Positions 26,050 through 39,229 of a stretch of DNA of 64,000 bases are shown in pieces. The stretch's first letter is position 1, and each line of letters starts with the position of its first letter. The notes beneath the pieces were generated by a model, which saw only the letters and a list, made by a program, of their open reading frames with translations, searched no databases and had not been told where the DNA came from. Source of the DNA: Raillietiella orientalis (Eukaryota); contig JAYWIR010000059.1 in the NCBI GenBank assembly GCA_036172245.1, positions 558,001-622,000 of the forward strand, in the 5' to 3' direction. Position numbers and translations under genes: made by a program.

Positions 26050-26980
26050 TTCTGTGCAGAAACATACGTCTTTCAATCGCCTAGCAGCAGTCATGGCAAC
26101 GTTACATGGAAATAGTCATAGCAGTCTCTTATTCACTCCAGTTTCGTGATTCAACATGGGCAATCAGAGAACATCTCGATCCACTTATTGACGGTTCCTC
26201 CAAAGGAGGGACGGTGAACTCTCTATGACAAGAAGCGATTCCTTAGATAGGAGATGGGTATCATAACCATGATGAATGAGAGGAGATTTCCCACACGGGA
26301 TTCAAACTCCGGATGAAGTCAGCAAAGTTCACATAAGAACGCGCTCATTGGATGGTGTAGCTTTGATGTTCCCTTTGCGATGCAGCCGAACGAGTTTCGC
26401 GTGAATCGATGTGATGCGGGATGTTACAGTGCGCTCGCACGAGCTGCGGATGCAAAGGATTGCGTCATGAATACTGAGACGGCGAGAAGGACGAGAAGAT
26501 TCGATCTCGTTACCCTTCCCTCCGTCTTGGGAGCAGCTCCGCAACATCCGTGCAAGCGCTGTTGCGGGCTCCCTTTCGGAGGGAGAGAGAAGGAGGACCT
26601 TCCTCGGAAGCACGGGTGCAGCCTTCTTCGAGTCCCTGGTTCGAGAGATGAGATCCCCTACAGGTAATCTCTTGGCTCCCGGTTTCCATTGGATCCCTCG
26701 AATTCCAAGCTCTGCATCGAGCGCGAAGAGTTCTTCGTTCTTAGCATGATTCACGCCCTCGACTTTGCCTTAGAGATTCCAATCCAAGCCTTCGATCTGC
26801 AGATTTAGTACCTTCTAAGTTTCTACCCCACAAATTAATCTCCTGCTGGAAACGACCCACAGAATGGGCTCTAAAAAACCATGGAGCGAGTCGCATCTGT
26901 AAATCTCTTAAAGCGTCCCGATGATTCCTTTCGACTCCGAAAGAGTGCCGAGCTCTTGATGCGGTTTGAATCGCCGGCTT
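26050..26980 (-). pseudogene. Ty3/gypsy RNase H-integrase junction relic
   Basis: ERNHRDALRDL..INLWGRN (ERNY...YL-x-GR-like), followed by IQWKPGAKRLPVGDLISR (I-x-Y-x-PG-xx-N-xx-ADALSR-like). Confidence 0.55.
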
Positions 26981-27299
26981 CCTCGCACGTTTCGAGATTT
27001 TTTTTTTTTTCGTGCGCCTCGTTTCCTTCCTTTCCCCCTCCTTTGTCTTCTGCTTCTCCCCCTCCGCGATCAGCTCTGCTCTCGGCTCGCCAGAATAGGA
27101 TGAAAATCCCAAAACTGCAAATGGCAAATCAAAATGTTCGCTAGAAAAAGAAAAAAGAAAAAGAATTAATGATACTGCTGCTGCTCGAGAACTACACTTA
27201 GCGAATTCTCCTCCCCCCCCTTTTCCCTCCCCCTTTCCGTATCAGGGTTTTTTCCCGAGAAAGCAGAGATAAAGCAGTAGCTAGAGCATCATCATCCGA

Positions 27300-29400
27300 G
27301 GACACTTAAGCTCTTTCAGCTGAAACATGGTCAGCGGCATGGGAAAAATCGCAAGAGTTTTCGCACCAGCAAGTGTCAATATCCTGCAGCTTCCACCCGC
27401 TGATATTCCCGAATCCACGGGATAAAACCTGGCGTTCTCCAGAGTTAATGAGAACTCGTGAAAAGTTCTTTTCTCGCCACCGCCGCAGCCCAGCAAATTT
27501 CAAGAAATTCCATATTTTCTGAAGCTGGGATTAATGGGATAAATTGCGTCAGACCTCGTTTTGTAAAAGGAAACCGTATTCTGCTTACCTCGGGATGCAC
27601 ACCCACTCCTCCAGACTTCACTTTGGGGGTTTCGGCTGTTTTTTGCCCGTTGTAAAATTGAAAGTTTCTAGTAATTCCTGGCATCCACCCTTGAGAGTCT
27701 TTAACGAGGCATCTCGAATCCAAAAAGACATCAACTTGCTATCGGGCAGGAAGACATGCAGGAGCATTCGCAAACTCTATTCTCTACTGGTTGCCAACGT
27801 CCCGAAAGCATGAGGACTCGATTCTCATTTTTAACGCGATCGTTAAAAAATGGATGATTTTGCAACCTCTGATTTTCATGGAACTTTCTGGAAAATCCTT
27901 CTATCCCCACAGTTCTATCTATCCCATTCTCGTATCAATTTGCACCCCATGTGCTAAAAATTTGTCGTTTCATACACGCATGAGCACAGCTCCTAGTAGA
28001 CGTCGCCTCGCTCTTCGCCTTCGCATAGGGAATATCGAAAATGAATCCCTTTCTAATTTGAAATTTTCTTGTGAATAGTTTTTGCATAAAGGGATGTCCT
28101 TCATCTCCTTTATCATCAACTTCTGGTGTTCTTCCACTTCTATCAGCCAATCATTCAGAACAGAAGTTGCAAAGTAGCTCTCAAGGGGCAATGTATTTCT
28201 GATCACTGATCGATCGGAGACTCTCTGAATTTCGAGAACTCTTCTGAAAACTCACTCCTTGTATAGACACTGGGAACCTGAGCAATTTGGGGAGCACAAA
28301 CAAGTTTGCGTGGTGGCGTGACAGCTGCTCGAATGCGCCTTTCGCGGAAGACGCCTTCAGTGTTTGTCGACGAGGCAGGAAGACGGTACTGAGAGATTAA
28401 AGGATGATGGACGAGAGGCTGAAGGGAGCTCCGGATTGCCAAGATTTCGAACCAGCTATCTCTTTTCCTCACTCTGGACGTCCTAAGCAGGAAGTGCGAG
28501 GTCTTCGTCGCTGAACCAGACGCGTGACATCTATCATAGAGTGCATGCTGTTGACCAAGTGCCACTTGGTCTTCTTGCATCACGAGCTCAGCAAGCCGAG
28601 GACTCTCGTGACCAACTAGTATCGGACTTTCCTTTATCTTTCATGAGATGCAAGAGATAGCAACGCTGAAGGGAGCTTGGGGACCCGAAAGTACCGGTAG
28701 TGCAGCTTTGAGAGCATTCAGGCAACTCTGAAGGAACCGTTGGAAAACACTTCTGGAGGAGTGGGGGAGGATCTGGAGCAGTGTCTGCGAGGCACACTGA
28801 AAAACTTTCATCTCATACTAAGTACGATTTGGACCATGCGACTGCGGAAAAATGAGGCAGGTGATAGAAAATGAGAGTGGATCCATGAACTGAGAACTGA
28901 AGCTGAATCGAGACTCAAACCTCTGTTTCTGCTGAGCCGCTTCGAAGCTTTGGACTAATAATATCCCAGCGGTCGTATTCTGAAAGCTGTCTCTAATAAA
29001 CGTCTTTTTCCAGTGTCTCTTGCCGGTTCTGTGCAGATCCATTCCAGCGAGACGACACCGGACAGACCGAAAAAGATGTAAAAACTTTATAAACCTGGCT
29101 CACTCGCCAGCTGATGCCCCGAGTGAAATGGACTTGAAGTTTTTCAGATCGCGCCCGAGGTCGCCCTGAGGTTTGGACGCCAAGTAAAGTTTCATCTAAA
29201 TGGCTGCCTGAATCATTCTGTTGGAACTGCCAATTCCATTCAAGGATTCTACGTTCGATATAGAATTTTGCGTTCCTTTTTCCCCATGGAAATTTAGCTG
29301 AAACGAAAATGAATTTTTTTCTGGAAAGAGAATGGAAAAACAGTTGAAAATCCATATCATTTGGGATCCAGCTGGGAAAAAACTCAATTATTGTTTGGGA
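27300..29400 (-). pseudogene. BEL/Pao-like LTR retrotransposon pol relic
   Basis: In order: KFPW; FLLRTSRVRKRDSWFEILA (SKSRVAP..RLEL-like); FWIRDASLKTLKGGC; FTKRGLTQFIPL (F-xx-TGLDYFGPL-like); LAGAKT (NF-x-GA-like). Confidence 0.45.
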
Positions 29401-32143
29401 GCTGAATCCTGAAGAAAGTTTTTGAAAGAAGTTTGAACAAGGAATAGTGGCTCGAGGATACGTCGAGTGGAACCAGACCAACGGGAATGCCATCCCCATC
29501 GTTACTTTCTTTGTCAGGTTCATGGTGAGATGGCCCTACCTGTCGAGGTGTGAGGAGCAACTTGCCAGCATCCTTGAGAGGAGGCAGAGGACACCAAAGA
29601 GTTAACTGTGTATGATTCGATTGCTTTGCCCCTTACACTTGAAAAGCTGCCGCTTGTTCTGCTAGTTTTTATTTTGAAGAGGGACTTGGGATCTCACTGT
29701 GCATGGATGGCTTTTTGCTTACCACCACTGTTTAATTGCAAATAAGATTCACAATAAACGCTTCGGTGTCTCCAGATGCAAACAGGCGATAAATCTAATC
29801 TATGAAATCAATATGGGGAGCGTGTGCTGAAATGAGCACGACTTTGGGAGGAACAAGAGGTTCGTCACGGGAGGAGGAGAAGGGAACGAGTCAGCATTTC
29901 GAACAAACAAGAAACACGAGGATCGCTATCCATCTTCTGAATGCAAAAGGAGAAAATGGCTGCGCAACGAGTCCACGTCCTGAGAACACGATATTCGAGA
30001 AACAGCGAACGATAATTTGAAAAAAGTCAGAAAAAGAATACGAAAATTTATGGATTGTTCCACCATTCTTTCTGCTGCAGCGCGCGAGTCCTCCTACTGC
30101 TCTTGGCAAACAAGAAACACCTCTCCATCCATCATTCTCCGTTGATTTCTGTACTTCAGTGCTGACGGGAGAGTAGACGGCGTCACAAAGTGCTCAAGTG
30201 GCCTAGGCAGGACCCCAAACTGGAAGAAGCAGGGTATTCCCGATGCTGAGGGCGATACCACCAAAGACACAAAAAAACTCTATACTCTATACTATCTTCT
30301 ATACTAGGCTGTTCCAAACTTACATCGGACACTTGCATACCCCTCTTCGAATTCAACAACACAGGCTTTGGAAGTAGCCTTCGGAATAGTTTTCTGACCT
30401 ATTGGTTTTCACGTTTAAGGAACCCTAGGAACGAAGAGACGGAATTGGAATGCCAGTACGGACTTGATTGCCAGAATCGATTCCTAGGGGGCAAGAGGAG
30501 TTGATCTCGGTCTGGTGACCGATTTTGTCACTGCATTATCTCCCGAATGGCGCATATTCGATGAAATTATCAGTCGTCAAGACATGATGGCATAAACTAA
30601 GGAAACGGTAATTCTTTAAAAGGAAGGAAAGGAGGTTAATTCTGGATAAACTTCATTTTGCTTGAATGAACTTCCGACTTGACAGATGCTGTTCAGAATG
30701 TATTTGGAACATCATTCGCTGTCATTTCAGGTACTCAATTCCCTTTCTGATCAGCTTCCTACAGAAACCAACGGAAAAATGCCATCATAGTTTTTAAAAA
30801 TGGGAGCAGCAAGGAATCTTCATCGTGAACATTTTATCTGTTTCGATGAAGCCAAGCAAAAAAGCATTTAGGCCGAAAAATGTTTGCCTTAATCAACGAT
30901 TTTTTTCGCCAATCGGACTGATTCCATAAATCTGCTTTTCCTAGAGTTTATCTTGGCATTAAAGGTCATTACTTTACGCAGCATGTTTTCGAAATTGATC
31001 AGACAAATCTTTGGATGTCTAATGCTAGTTTGAGATTCATGGTCCGAAATTCCTTTGGTCTTCCTGACTGCACACGAGAACGGTCCTTCATCTGAGATTC
31101 GGCAACACAAAACCTGAGTAGCGAAGCAGTAACTGGTCATAGTAGTCACAGGTTCGGGGTGCTGTCAATAATTTAGGAATAGGCAAAGGCCGAATGCATT
31201 GTTCCAGAGAAAGGCTTCGAGAGGAGACTGGACAGCGCTAAAATACTATGGAAAATTCTATGGAAAATGCTTTCTATGGACCCAACTAGAATGTAGATGA
31301 AAATGTAGTAGAAGAGCACGAAGGAGAGCATTATCTGAGCTTACCCATAAAGTATGGACCTTTCCTCATTTATCTCACATGGTACTGGCCCTTCACTGAA
31401 GCCAATTAACGCAGAAAAATGCATAGCACTTGAAAGTCGCAAAAAGTAGAAAAACTCTAATAGGGATTAGTAGAAACCCATTAGTCTGGGTTCTGGATAG
31501 CCTCTAGATTCGCAGTCCTCCGGGACTTTTCTTTCCTAAGCGGATGCCATTCGTGGTTCTCATTCTCACGTGAGAAATTTTGGGATCAAAAAACTGTTTC
31601 AAGATTTGTTAACTCCTGCGTGATCTGAAAGCGAATTCTCACATCTTTATCCTCGGGACAGTTGGTTTCTATTTTCTCCTGTAATCCTCGATCTACTAGC
31701 CGCTGCCTCTGTGCATACCACCTGCTATGAAAGTACCATTTCTCAGCATTGTCCTCCTCTTATGATCAGGCATTTTCAGTCATATGAAGACGTCACTCCC
31801 CTTACAAAAAAAATTCTTTTCTCACACTAATCTCGCTATTTTGTGCCATTTCTATCGGTTTTTCATTTATCATTACTGAAATTAGAAAATACTTTATACT
31901 TGGATTCTGTATCACAGACTCTATCTTTGGTTTCACATTCTCCATTGCTGCATCATTCCATGGTCATCATGTAATTTCCTCATTCGTCGTTCTCCTTCAT
32001 CGCTACAAACTCTTACATTCTCTCTTTTTCACATTCATCGTCCCTCCCTTGAACTTCTTCTGTGATATTGGCACTTCGTGGATGCTGTTTGGCTATTTCT
32101 CTTCCTATTCTTTTAATATTTCCTACACTTTGTACATACATTA

Positions 32144-32217
32144 CAACTTTTAGTTATCGAGAGATAACTAAAAGTTGGTTACCCATATGGTAGCTCTCTT
32201 AGAGCATCCATATGGGT
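32144..32217. repeat. Tandem pair of hairpins (perfect 15-bp stem plus a 17-bp stem with 2 mismatches)
   Basis: caacttttagttatc-gaga-gataactaaaagttg (32144..32177); acccatatgg.ta.gctct-ctt-agagc.at.ccatatgggt (32181..32217). Confidence 0.95.
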
Positions 32218-32599
32218 TTGGTCTGTGCACAACTTTCTCATTGTAGAGATCTAACTGCCTGATCTCGTAAATCACTGGATAGAAGGGGAACATCATTTTT
32301 TTTTTTCCTATTTGACTGCTGATGCAGCGGAAGAAATCGGAAAGCAAAAGAAGCCCAGAAATTTACGAAAGAAATGTAAAAAGGGAAGAGCACCTTTAAG
32401 ATGGCGGAACCAGTTTAAAGAGGCTTAGAAATAGTGCAGAAGCCAAGTTTCCATTAATAAAAAGCGTGCATAAGAAACGACGAATCAGGAACAAGAGTAC
32501 GGGGATCGGGAACGTGTTTATCGGGCAAACCTATACGATCCCAATCCTCGATGCAGCGTCACGTGTTGAGGTTACTTTAGGCCTCAGTGAGACCTCCGG

Positions 32600-33700
32600 G
32601 ATCTCACTGGAGTACTTGCTACTACCATCAAGATCTGCGCCGACGGCGGCTTCAGGCAAGCTCTCTCCCAAACCCTTCTGAGTGTACCGTCGCAACTTCC
32701 TACTCTCTGGGATCTGAGGAACCTGCCGTCCTCCGAAACGCGTCCGGAAGTCAGGAACAGCTCTGTCCCGGCAGTTGGGCGCGATGCTTTAGCGCTATCC
32801 ATTTTCAGGGGCGGTTGCTTCGGCAGGTGAATCGTGGCCGACACTTCTTAGAGGATTCTGACTTCCATGGCCACCGTCCTGCTGTCCATAGCAAGCAACA
32901 ACTTTCATGGGATCTGATGGGCGCCGCATCGGGCGCCGTAACCCAACGTTCGGTTCATCCCACAGAGCCAGTTCTACTTACCAAAATGGGTCTACTGGGT
33001 GTTCATGAATCCGAGCGTAGATGCACCGTTCATGAATCCTAGTCCGAGCTTCAGCTTTCAAGCAAGCCGGACTCCTCACCCATTTCAAAGTTTGAGAAAT
33101 GGTTGAGGTCATTTCGGACCAAGGCCTCATGGTGAGTTCCTTCGACAAGTGCGGCATTTCACTAACATTTCCTGATGGAAAATGAGAGTCCTCTGCTTGG
33201 AAGCATTCTGGGCATTCCATTCAGCAATATCGCCCGCTCGGCAGAGCAGCACTGCTTTCTTATGGCAACAAAGACAGGTCCCTACGCATTATATTCCTCC
33301 AAAAATACCATGCCTCCACTCCCACCAGCACTAACAAAAGTGCCACACCAAGCATCTTAAAGTTAGAGAGAGCTGTGTTGCATTGAATTCCTCTTTGGAA
33401 AAGCTTGCTTCAACATCAGAATGCTCGGAAAGTACCTCAGCAGAGAGACTTGTGGATTTAGATATTGTAAACACGGCTTTTTGATTGATGCTCGTGTCTA
33501 ACTAGCTTCTCACCTCCACGACCGAGCCACATCTTGACCATAAGTTTCTGAGACAGTTTTGGCAGCCTTGAGCATCTCTAGAGACAAAACCTCACGTAAG
33601 AATCGCAACCCTGTGTGTTCGGTGGGATTTGATTTAACAGACAAGTGCTCTAGGTTCTTCAAAGTAGGTTGCTTAACGTGAGACCACATATCTCGTAGGT
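32600..33700 (-). pseudogene. Very degenerate APE/RT LINE relic
   Basis: PWSEMTSTISQTLKWVRSPACLKAE (AI-xx-LK-xx-KSPG-x-DG-xx-AE-like) and LKMDSAKA (LD-xx-KA-like) on the minus strand. Confidence 0.3.
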
Positions 33701-35099
33701 AATCGCCCCTGGATTTTCAAAGCTCATCTTCCCAAAGCTTTCATGTCTTATGGTGGCATTTTTGTTATTGTTTACTGATGTGACTGGACTTCGATGGGAG
33801 CTTTGCACTGGTTGTGACCAAACTGATCTCTCCTCAGGATTTGTGAATGGAGACAGTAGCTTTGCCATGAGACATGGCTTCACCACGATGGTGAAGGTTT
33901 GCTAAAGTGCTCATGCTCATCATATGACTCGCTATGGCAAGTGTCACCTCCCTCGCTTCCTGCACATCTGACCATGATGTCTTACTCTGCTTCCGGAGCT
34001 CGAAGGCAAATGAAAAAGAGAACCCACTGCTATGGTGGAACGCCTTGAAACTGGGGAGAGGGTCCTCAACAAGCACTTAACAACAAAATGTGGCATTGGA
34101 AGAAACAGCACATGTTCTAGGAAGGTTCTGCAAGGAGGTCAAAGTGAACCACATGTCGGTAATGGTAGAATTAAGCGAGCCCTCTCTCGTGATCCAAATT
34201 TTATTCATGCATTTATTTTTGTGTTAACGATGCTTTATTGATTAATTTCATCTATGCAAGCTTTTGAAGTGTAGCAGGTGCTTTTGCTTATTGGTGAGTC
34301 CTCCGTTCTTTTGCCACCATCGTCTACACCATTATTCTCCGAAAGAAAGCAGATTGAAATCAAGTGAAGGGCAACAGTGCGAAGGAAAGCATTTGTTTCG
34401 TTCTGGATAGGAAGTTTCGGCAGTGCAGTCTTTAAATGGACTGAAATGAGGAAGTTTGGGAGATCCTTCCCACTTGCAGAAAATAGCTAAAAAAGAAAGT
34501 AGTTGAGAAAATTTTTGCAGCTACGATAAAAATACGCAAGTTCGCAAAGAGAACATCGGAAATCAGAGAATTTAGTCTGAGAAATAATGATAGGAACGTG
34601 GTTGCAAAAAAAGGAAGACCTTCGGCAGACATGTTCCGTCTGCTGGAGGTGACGTCACTGAGGAGTCACCTGTCGATGAACCAATCAATGACTTCCTCAA
34701 TTGACTTACACAGTAATCTCGGAGTGAAAAACACGAACTGAAGGGCATCCAGACCAGGGAAAAACCGTGTCTCGACAGTATCTTGGGTCATCTTCCGAGA
34801 ACCGGGGACTGCCTCCGCTATTTCGACTATTTTCCAAGGGGGGTGAACACTGCATTTCCCTTGGACCTCAATTGGGTAAGAGATGCTCCTAGAAAACTGA
34901 AAAGATATTGCTTTCGTGGAAGATGACAGATGCCGGGCAATAAACTGCTTCATATCCTAAATTATTTTATGGGCGCATTTTCACCTAGAAAGTGGACAGC
35001 GCCGCCTTTGTGGAAGGACTTGAAAAGAGAACAAGTTGGAAGTGGAAGCTGACATCCTTCAGCCATGTGACTCCAGAAGTCGAGTTATCGGACATGGTC

Positions 35100-36075
35100 G
35101 TGTAGAAGGAAAGGAGTCGGGAAATCATTTCTGACATCTGCAGCCGATGAAAATATGGCAGCAGAGTTTAGGAATGCCTGTGGAGAAAAAGAAAGGCAAC
35201 TCCAAGATCAAATCTGTAAATTGCCTTCAATGGAACTAAGGCTTCGGTGGAAGCCCTAGCCGTGGAATATCTCAGATTCTGAAACCCAAAAAAAGATGAG
35301 GTTGTGTGGAAATTGGAAGTCTCCTTCACGTGTACGTAGAAAATGAGGAAGCTAATGATTTCATCTAATACGCAATGCAGAAGGAATATATGTTGGACTC
35401 ACAGACATGAAATCAAACCTAATTTCGTCTTTGAACTCCCGAAGGAGGACAGTCCGTTCTTGGACCAGGCCTTCAGTTCTCTTTCACATGAGATTCTCTA
35501 GTAGTGCTCCGAAGCAGCCAACGATTGGAAAAGATTTGTTGGGAGCTGCTGATGATAATCACAAGGATGTCATTACCTCCGTGAGATCGGACAGTAGAAA
35601 CTGGGCATCCTTCGAGAGGTAAGGCGGGGACGATCTCAGCTCCCTGCCTTTTTTTTATCATTTCACTCGAGCCGATTGCATGCTAAGGATGCTCCCTGGG
35701 GAAGAACTCGTGGTTCATGAAAATGATGCCGATGCTGGCTATAAAAGAATTCTATCAATGCATTCCAAATGTGGTCCACCATGTTCGAGTATCTGTGCCA
35801 CTGATAAGAGGTCTTCGCCCGTTGCTATCCTCAAACACATAGTCAGACGCTCTCCCGACTCAAAGAGGTCGACTTTGGAAGCACATGGTTATCTAGGGAA
35901 GCCGCTTGAAATGAGTTTGTTCAAGTCACTGATGAAGAGAGCAGCTGACTTAATTCCTGGATCAAGCTTGGAACAAATCCTTGAGAACTCCCTTACTCCT
36001 CGAAACAAATCCAACCACCCTCAATCTTCAACCTTTCAGACTTTTCTGAAAGGTGACCGGACCCTGTATGGATAG
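35100..36075 (+). pseudogene. RT core relic of an RLE-type (NeSL/Utopia-like) LINE, probably the 5' part of the element at 37400..38765
   Basis: GDDLSSLPF..ISLEPI (QGDPLSP-x-LF-xxx-LEP-like, about 35625-35680), then GYLGKPL and LEQILENSLTPRNK (L-x-PWQK-like). Confidence 0.55.
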
Positions 36076-36084
36076 TCAGATTGG

Positions 36085-36370
36085 GCAGCTTGTCTGGCGA
36101 GTTGACCTACTTGACAATGCCCGTCAAAAACGGATTGCCAGCATCGCGTGCGGCCCCCAGGAAAAAGGCGACTCCGCGAGTACTTGAGGAGCAGCACTTC
36201 ACCTAGGGAGTCCCTCCTGAGAAGTGTTCGGCGTCGCGCTTCATCTGCGCGGAGGCTCCGTTAATATCCTGCAAGAGCGCGGAGTCAAAACTGCTCAAGG
36301 ATTCCGCGATGGCGCGCTTCTGCGGCTGTTGATCTTCTATACGACCAAGAGGACCCTCCAAGGGAATCCC
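36085..36370 (-). pseudogene. Possible Ty3/gypsy integrase C-terminal (GPY/F module) fragment
   Basis: LQDINGASAQMKRDAE, then EVLLLKYSRSRLFPGGRTRCWQSVFDG, on the minus strand. Confidence 0.3.
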
Positions 36371-36414
36371 TAGTCTGCTCTCTGTTCCACGTGTCGGGGT
36401 TCCACGGTCCCTTG

Positions 36415-37390
36415 GACGATGGAAATCCTTGGGTTCTTCTTTTTCTTCTGTCTTCGCTGTTTTCCTTTCAGCTTTTTTTTTTTTTTTAAGAGTTTTCTTT
36501 TTTTTGGTTCGCTAAGTACCTCAGAGCCAGTCGCGTGGCTCGCGGTGCACGTGGATCTTTTAAACACACTGTTTTGTTTCCACGCCTCTCCCCTGCTACA
36601 ACTCCGCAGAGGGGCGTGTAATCTTCAGTGTAATTCTTCAGGATAGGAGGCACACCGGAATGGGGGTCCGTCCTATGAATCCAGGAAGGGCTCGGAGTCT
36701 GTTCCTCTCACGCTTGGGGAGGGGATCCCCCCCGGATGGGGGAGATCGCACCTCCCACCCTGGTTGTCTCCGGAGGGACACCCTCCTAATGGGGAGGGCT
36801 GTCCTCTCCATTTCATCTTCTCCAAAGGCAACCCGGAAAGGATCCGCTAGTAGGAATTTCTTCTCCGGAGGGAACCTGCAAGGGAACCGCTCCTGTTCAC
36901 TCCTCTGAAGAGAACCCCGAAGGGGCGCTTCCGAAACTCAGAATGGGCGCTGCAGCTTCCCGCAAGGAATCGCTCTTGCTTGCTTCCTTGCACTCTGTGA
37001 GAGGAGGCGACTCGTAGGGTCCCCCGCAACAGGGGGGGTCCGCTCCTTTGAACAACTGGAGCGGTGCTCGTGAGGGCTCCTGCTTCATCTTGAAACCGGA
37101 AGGGTCCCCCCGATGTGGAGGGTCCGCTCTCCATCGCACGACAGGAGGGGGAACTCCCACTCCTTTATTCCCGGAAGGACCCGAAGGTTGATTCCCATTG
37201 TTCCGGCCTTCATCGGGGGTCCCCGGCTTAAACCACCACCGGTGCCACGCCCGAATGTCTCAGCCAACCAGCGCCATTGCAGGAGAAACTCGGAACCCAA
37301 CGACGCAGTGGCATCAGTTTCTGCTGGAGTATTCGAACCCGCGACGCATGATGCCACGCGCGGAAGCCTTAACCACAAAGCCTTAACCCT
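36415..37390 (-). mobile_element. SINE-like repeat copy 3 (more diverged subfamily; retains an A-box-like motif)
   Basis: Minus strand GTGGTTAAGGC (37366..37376) ... gcgGGTTCGAATACT (about 37328..37343). Shares taggaatttcttctccggagggaacc..caagggaaccgctcctgtt.actcctctgaa with copy 1. A-tract at about 36475. Confidence 0.75.
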
Positions 37391-37399
37391 CCGACGCGG

Positions 37400-38765
37400 G
37401 CTGACTACTGAATGACGATGTCTCGTGAAGACTTGTTTTTCCGATGCTGCCCTACGAATAATACCTCTATGGAGAAGGAAGAAAGTCTGGGACTGATAAA
37501 GCTGGCCAATGAATCTGATATGTTCACCATTGACAGCTGCTTCAAATTACTCACCTCCCCAGAAAGGGCGATGAAAAGATTGGCCCATGAAACGCTCAAA
37601 GAAGTGATCCAAAGAGCATCCTGGAACCAGCAACAGATGAGGATCTCGGGGATCTCATGACGACGACCTCTTCAGGAAAATTCGCAAAGCGCAACAGGGA
37701 TATCGAGAGCCTTTGGTCCAAAAGAAGAAATGCCTCGAGAATAACAAAAGCCCGCTGGATGTTTCTCAACGGAGAGACTAACAAAACGGTCGACGGCGTA
37801 ATCTTCAGCAGCAGCATGAGGAGAAAGTTTGCCTCTGGCATGAGAGCACTGCAAAAACAGCACCGTGGCCCAATCCCTAGTTCAAAAACACCTCAGTCAA
37901 AGGAGTCATGCAGTGTGTGGGCTTGCACCACGCCTCAAGCTTCTTTCTCACCAATGGAGAATACCTGAGGTTCCAGGACTACACATTCATTCACACAGCC
38001 CGACTAAACGTCCTACCATTCAGGACTGGGCCCAGGATGAAACCAGATGAATGCGCATGTCAGCGCTGCCGGACATAAGACGAAACGTTGCTTCATATAT
38101 GGAACAGATGCAGGTTTCATCTGTCCATTGAGCGACACGATGCTATTCAAGAAACGATCAGCATGGCCCCGGTGAATGAGGCAAAATGGACCCTAGTGTT
38201 CACTAGCCAGAGAGCTCCAGGAGCGGATTCCCTCTTAAGACCAGACCTAGTGCTGAAGAAAGGAAATTGGATAATAGTGCTGGACATCTACTACCCGTTA
38301 GAGGGTAGTAGAGGGCACTTCAGAGGCATTCAGCACAGCTAGAAGGAACAAACTGGAAAAGTATAAGGAAGTAGCCCTCCATTTAGGCAGAGGAGGGGAA
38401 CAATGCAGAGTACATGCTCTCATTGTTGGCTCTCTGGGAGCCTGGGATCCGGGTAACGAAGAAGTGTTCCAGGATCTTGAAATTTCTAAGAAGCACTCGG
38501 AGAAGATGAGGCACCGGTTGGTGCTTTACGTATCCGGTACTCCAGGGACATCTATGCAGCCCATGTCACACGAGAAACCGACGATCAGATACAGTCAGAG
38601 AACCACAGAGGTTAGCTCTCGCGAGACAGAGGACAAGAAGCTGAGGAAGCAACAGGCTGAGGAGTGACGAGAGCACCAGATGGACAGAAGAAGAATTTCG
38701 GAAGAATGTGAAGAGCCCCTTCCCCCCATAACGCAATGTAAAATTGTGAATTTTAAGCAATAAAC
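37400..38765 (+). mobile_element. 3' part of an RLE-type non-LTR retrotransposon (NeSL/Utopia-like), frameshifted
   Basis: GLIKLANESDMFTIDSCFKLLTSP; FLTNGEYLRFQDYTFIHTARLNVLP; CQRC..ETLLHIWNRC (CCHC); RHD; RPDLV...IIVLD (PD..D nuclease); KLEKY; ALIVGSLGAW; AATAAA at 38759. Confidence 0.88.
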
Positions 38766-39172
38766 TTCCCTGTCCTACGAAATGTCGTGTCCCTCTGAGT
38801 CCTTTTCATGAACGAATGGCGATCGTTCGAAAGATTGTGAATCCACCCTGTTTTATTTTAAATGCATTGAGATACACATTATAGAAGTGCTTTGGGGTCG
38901 ACACCGCGTCAATCTTTCCTTGTCTTCATTCGAGAAATCATACCGCTGTAAGCTGTGAAAGCGACACACCTCTGACCGAACCGGTCATATGGAGAGTTTC
39001 GAACCCACTTCCACATGACTAGTGTGGAATTTCCTCGCTCACTGCATTCCGCCTGTCGCTTGCCGACACGGTGCTTTCGAGGTTACTCAGCTTGCATTTT
39101 TCTATGTCTCCCTTCCAGACTTGACCTAGCTTCTGCATGAGACTGATGGTCCAGCACCGTGTCAAATCCATA

Positions 39173-39229
39173 TCCCTGCAATGCCATATGTTGCAGGGAC
39201 TTAAACATATGTTGCCATATGTTTAAGTC
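39173..39229. repeat. Overlapping hairpin pair (9-bp and perfect 14-bp stems)
   Basis: tccctgcaa..ttgcaggga (39173..39199) and gacttaaacatatg-ttgc-catatgtttaagtc (39198..39229). Confidence 0.95.

Noticed and set aside
32144..32640. Double hairpin as a functional centre of the large inverted repeat (axis at about 32638)
   Set aside because: It is about 450 bp off axis, the interior has been reshaped by many insertions, and similar hairpins occur elsewhere.
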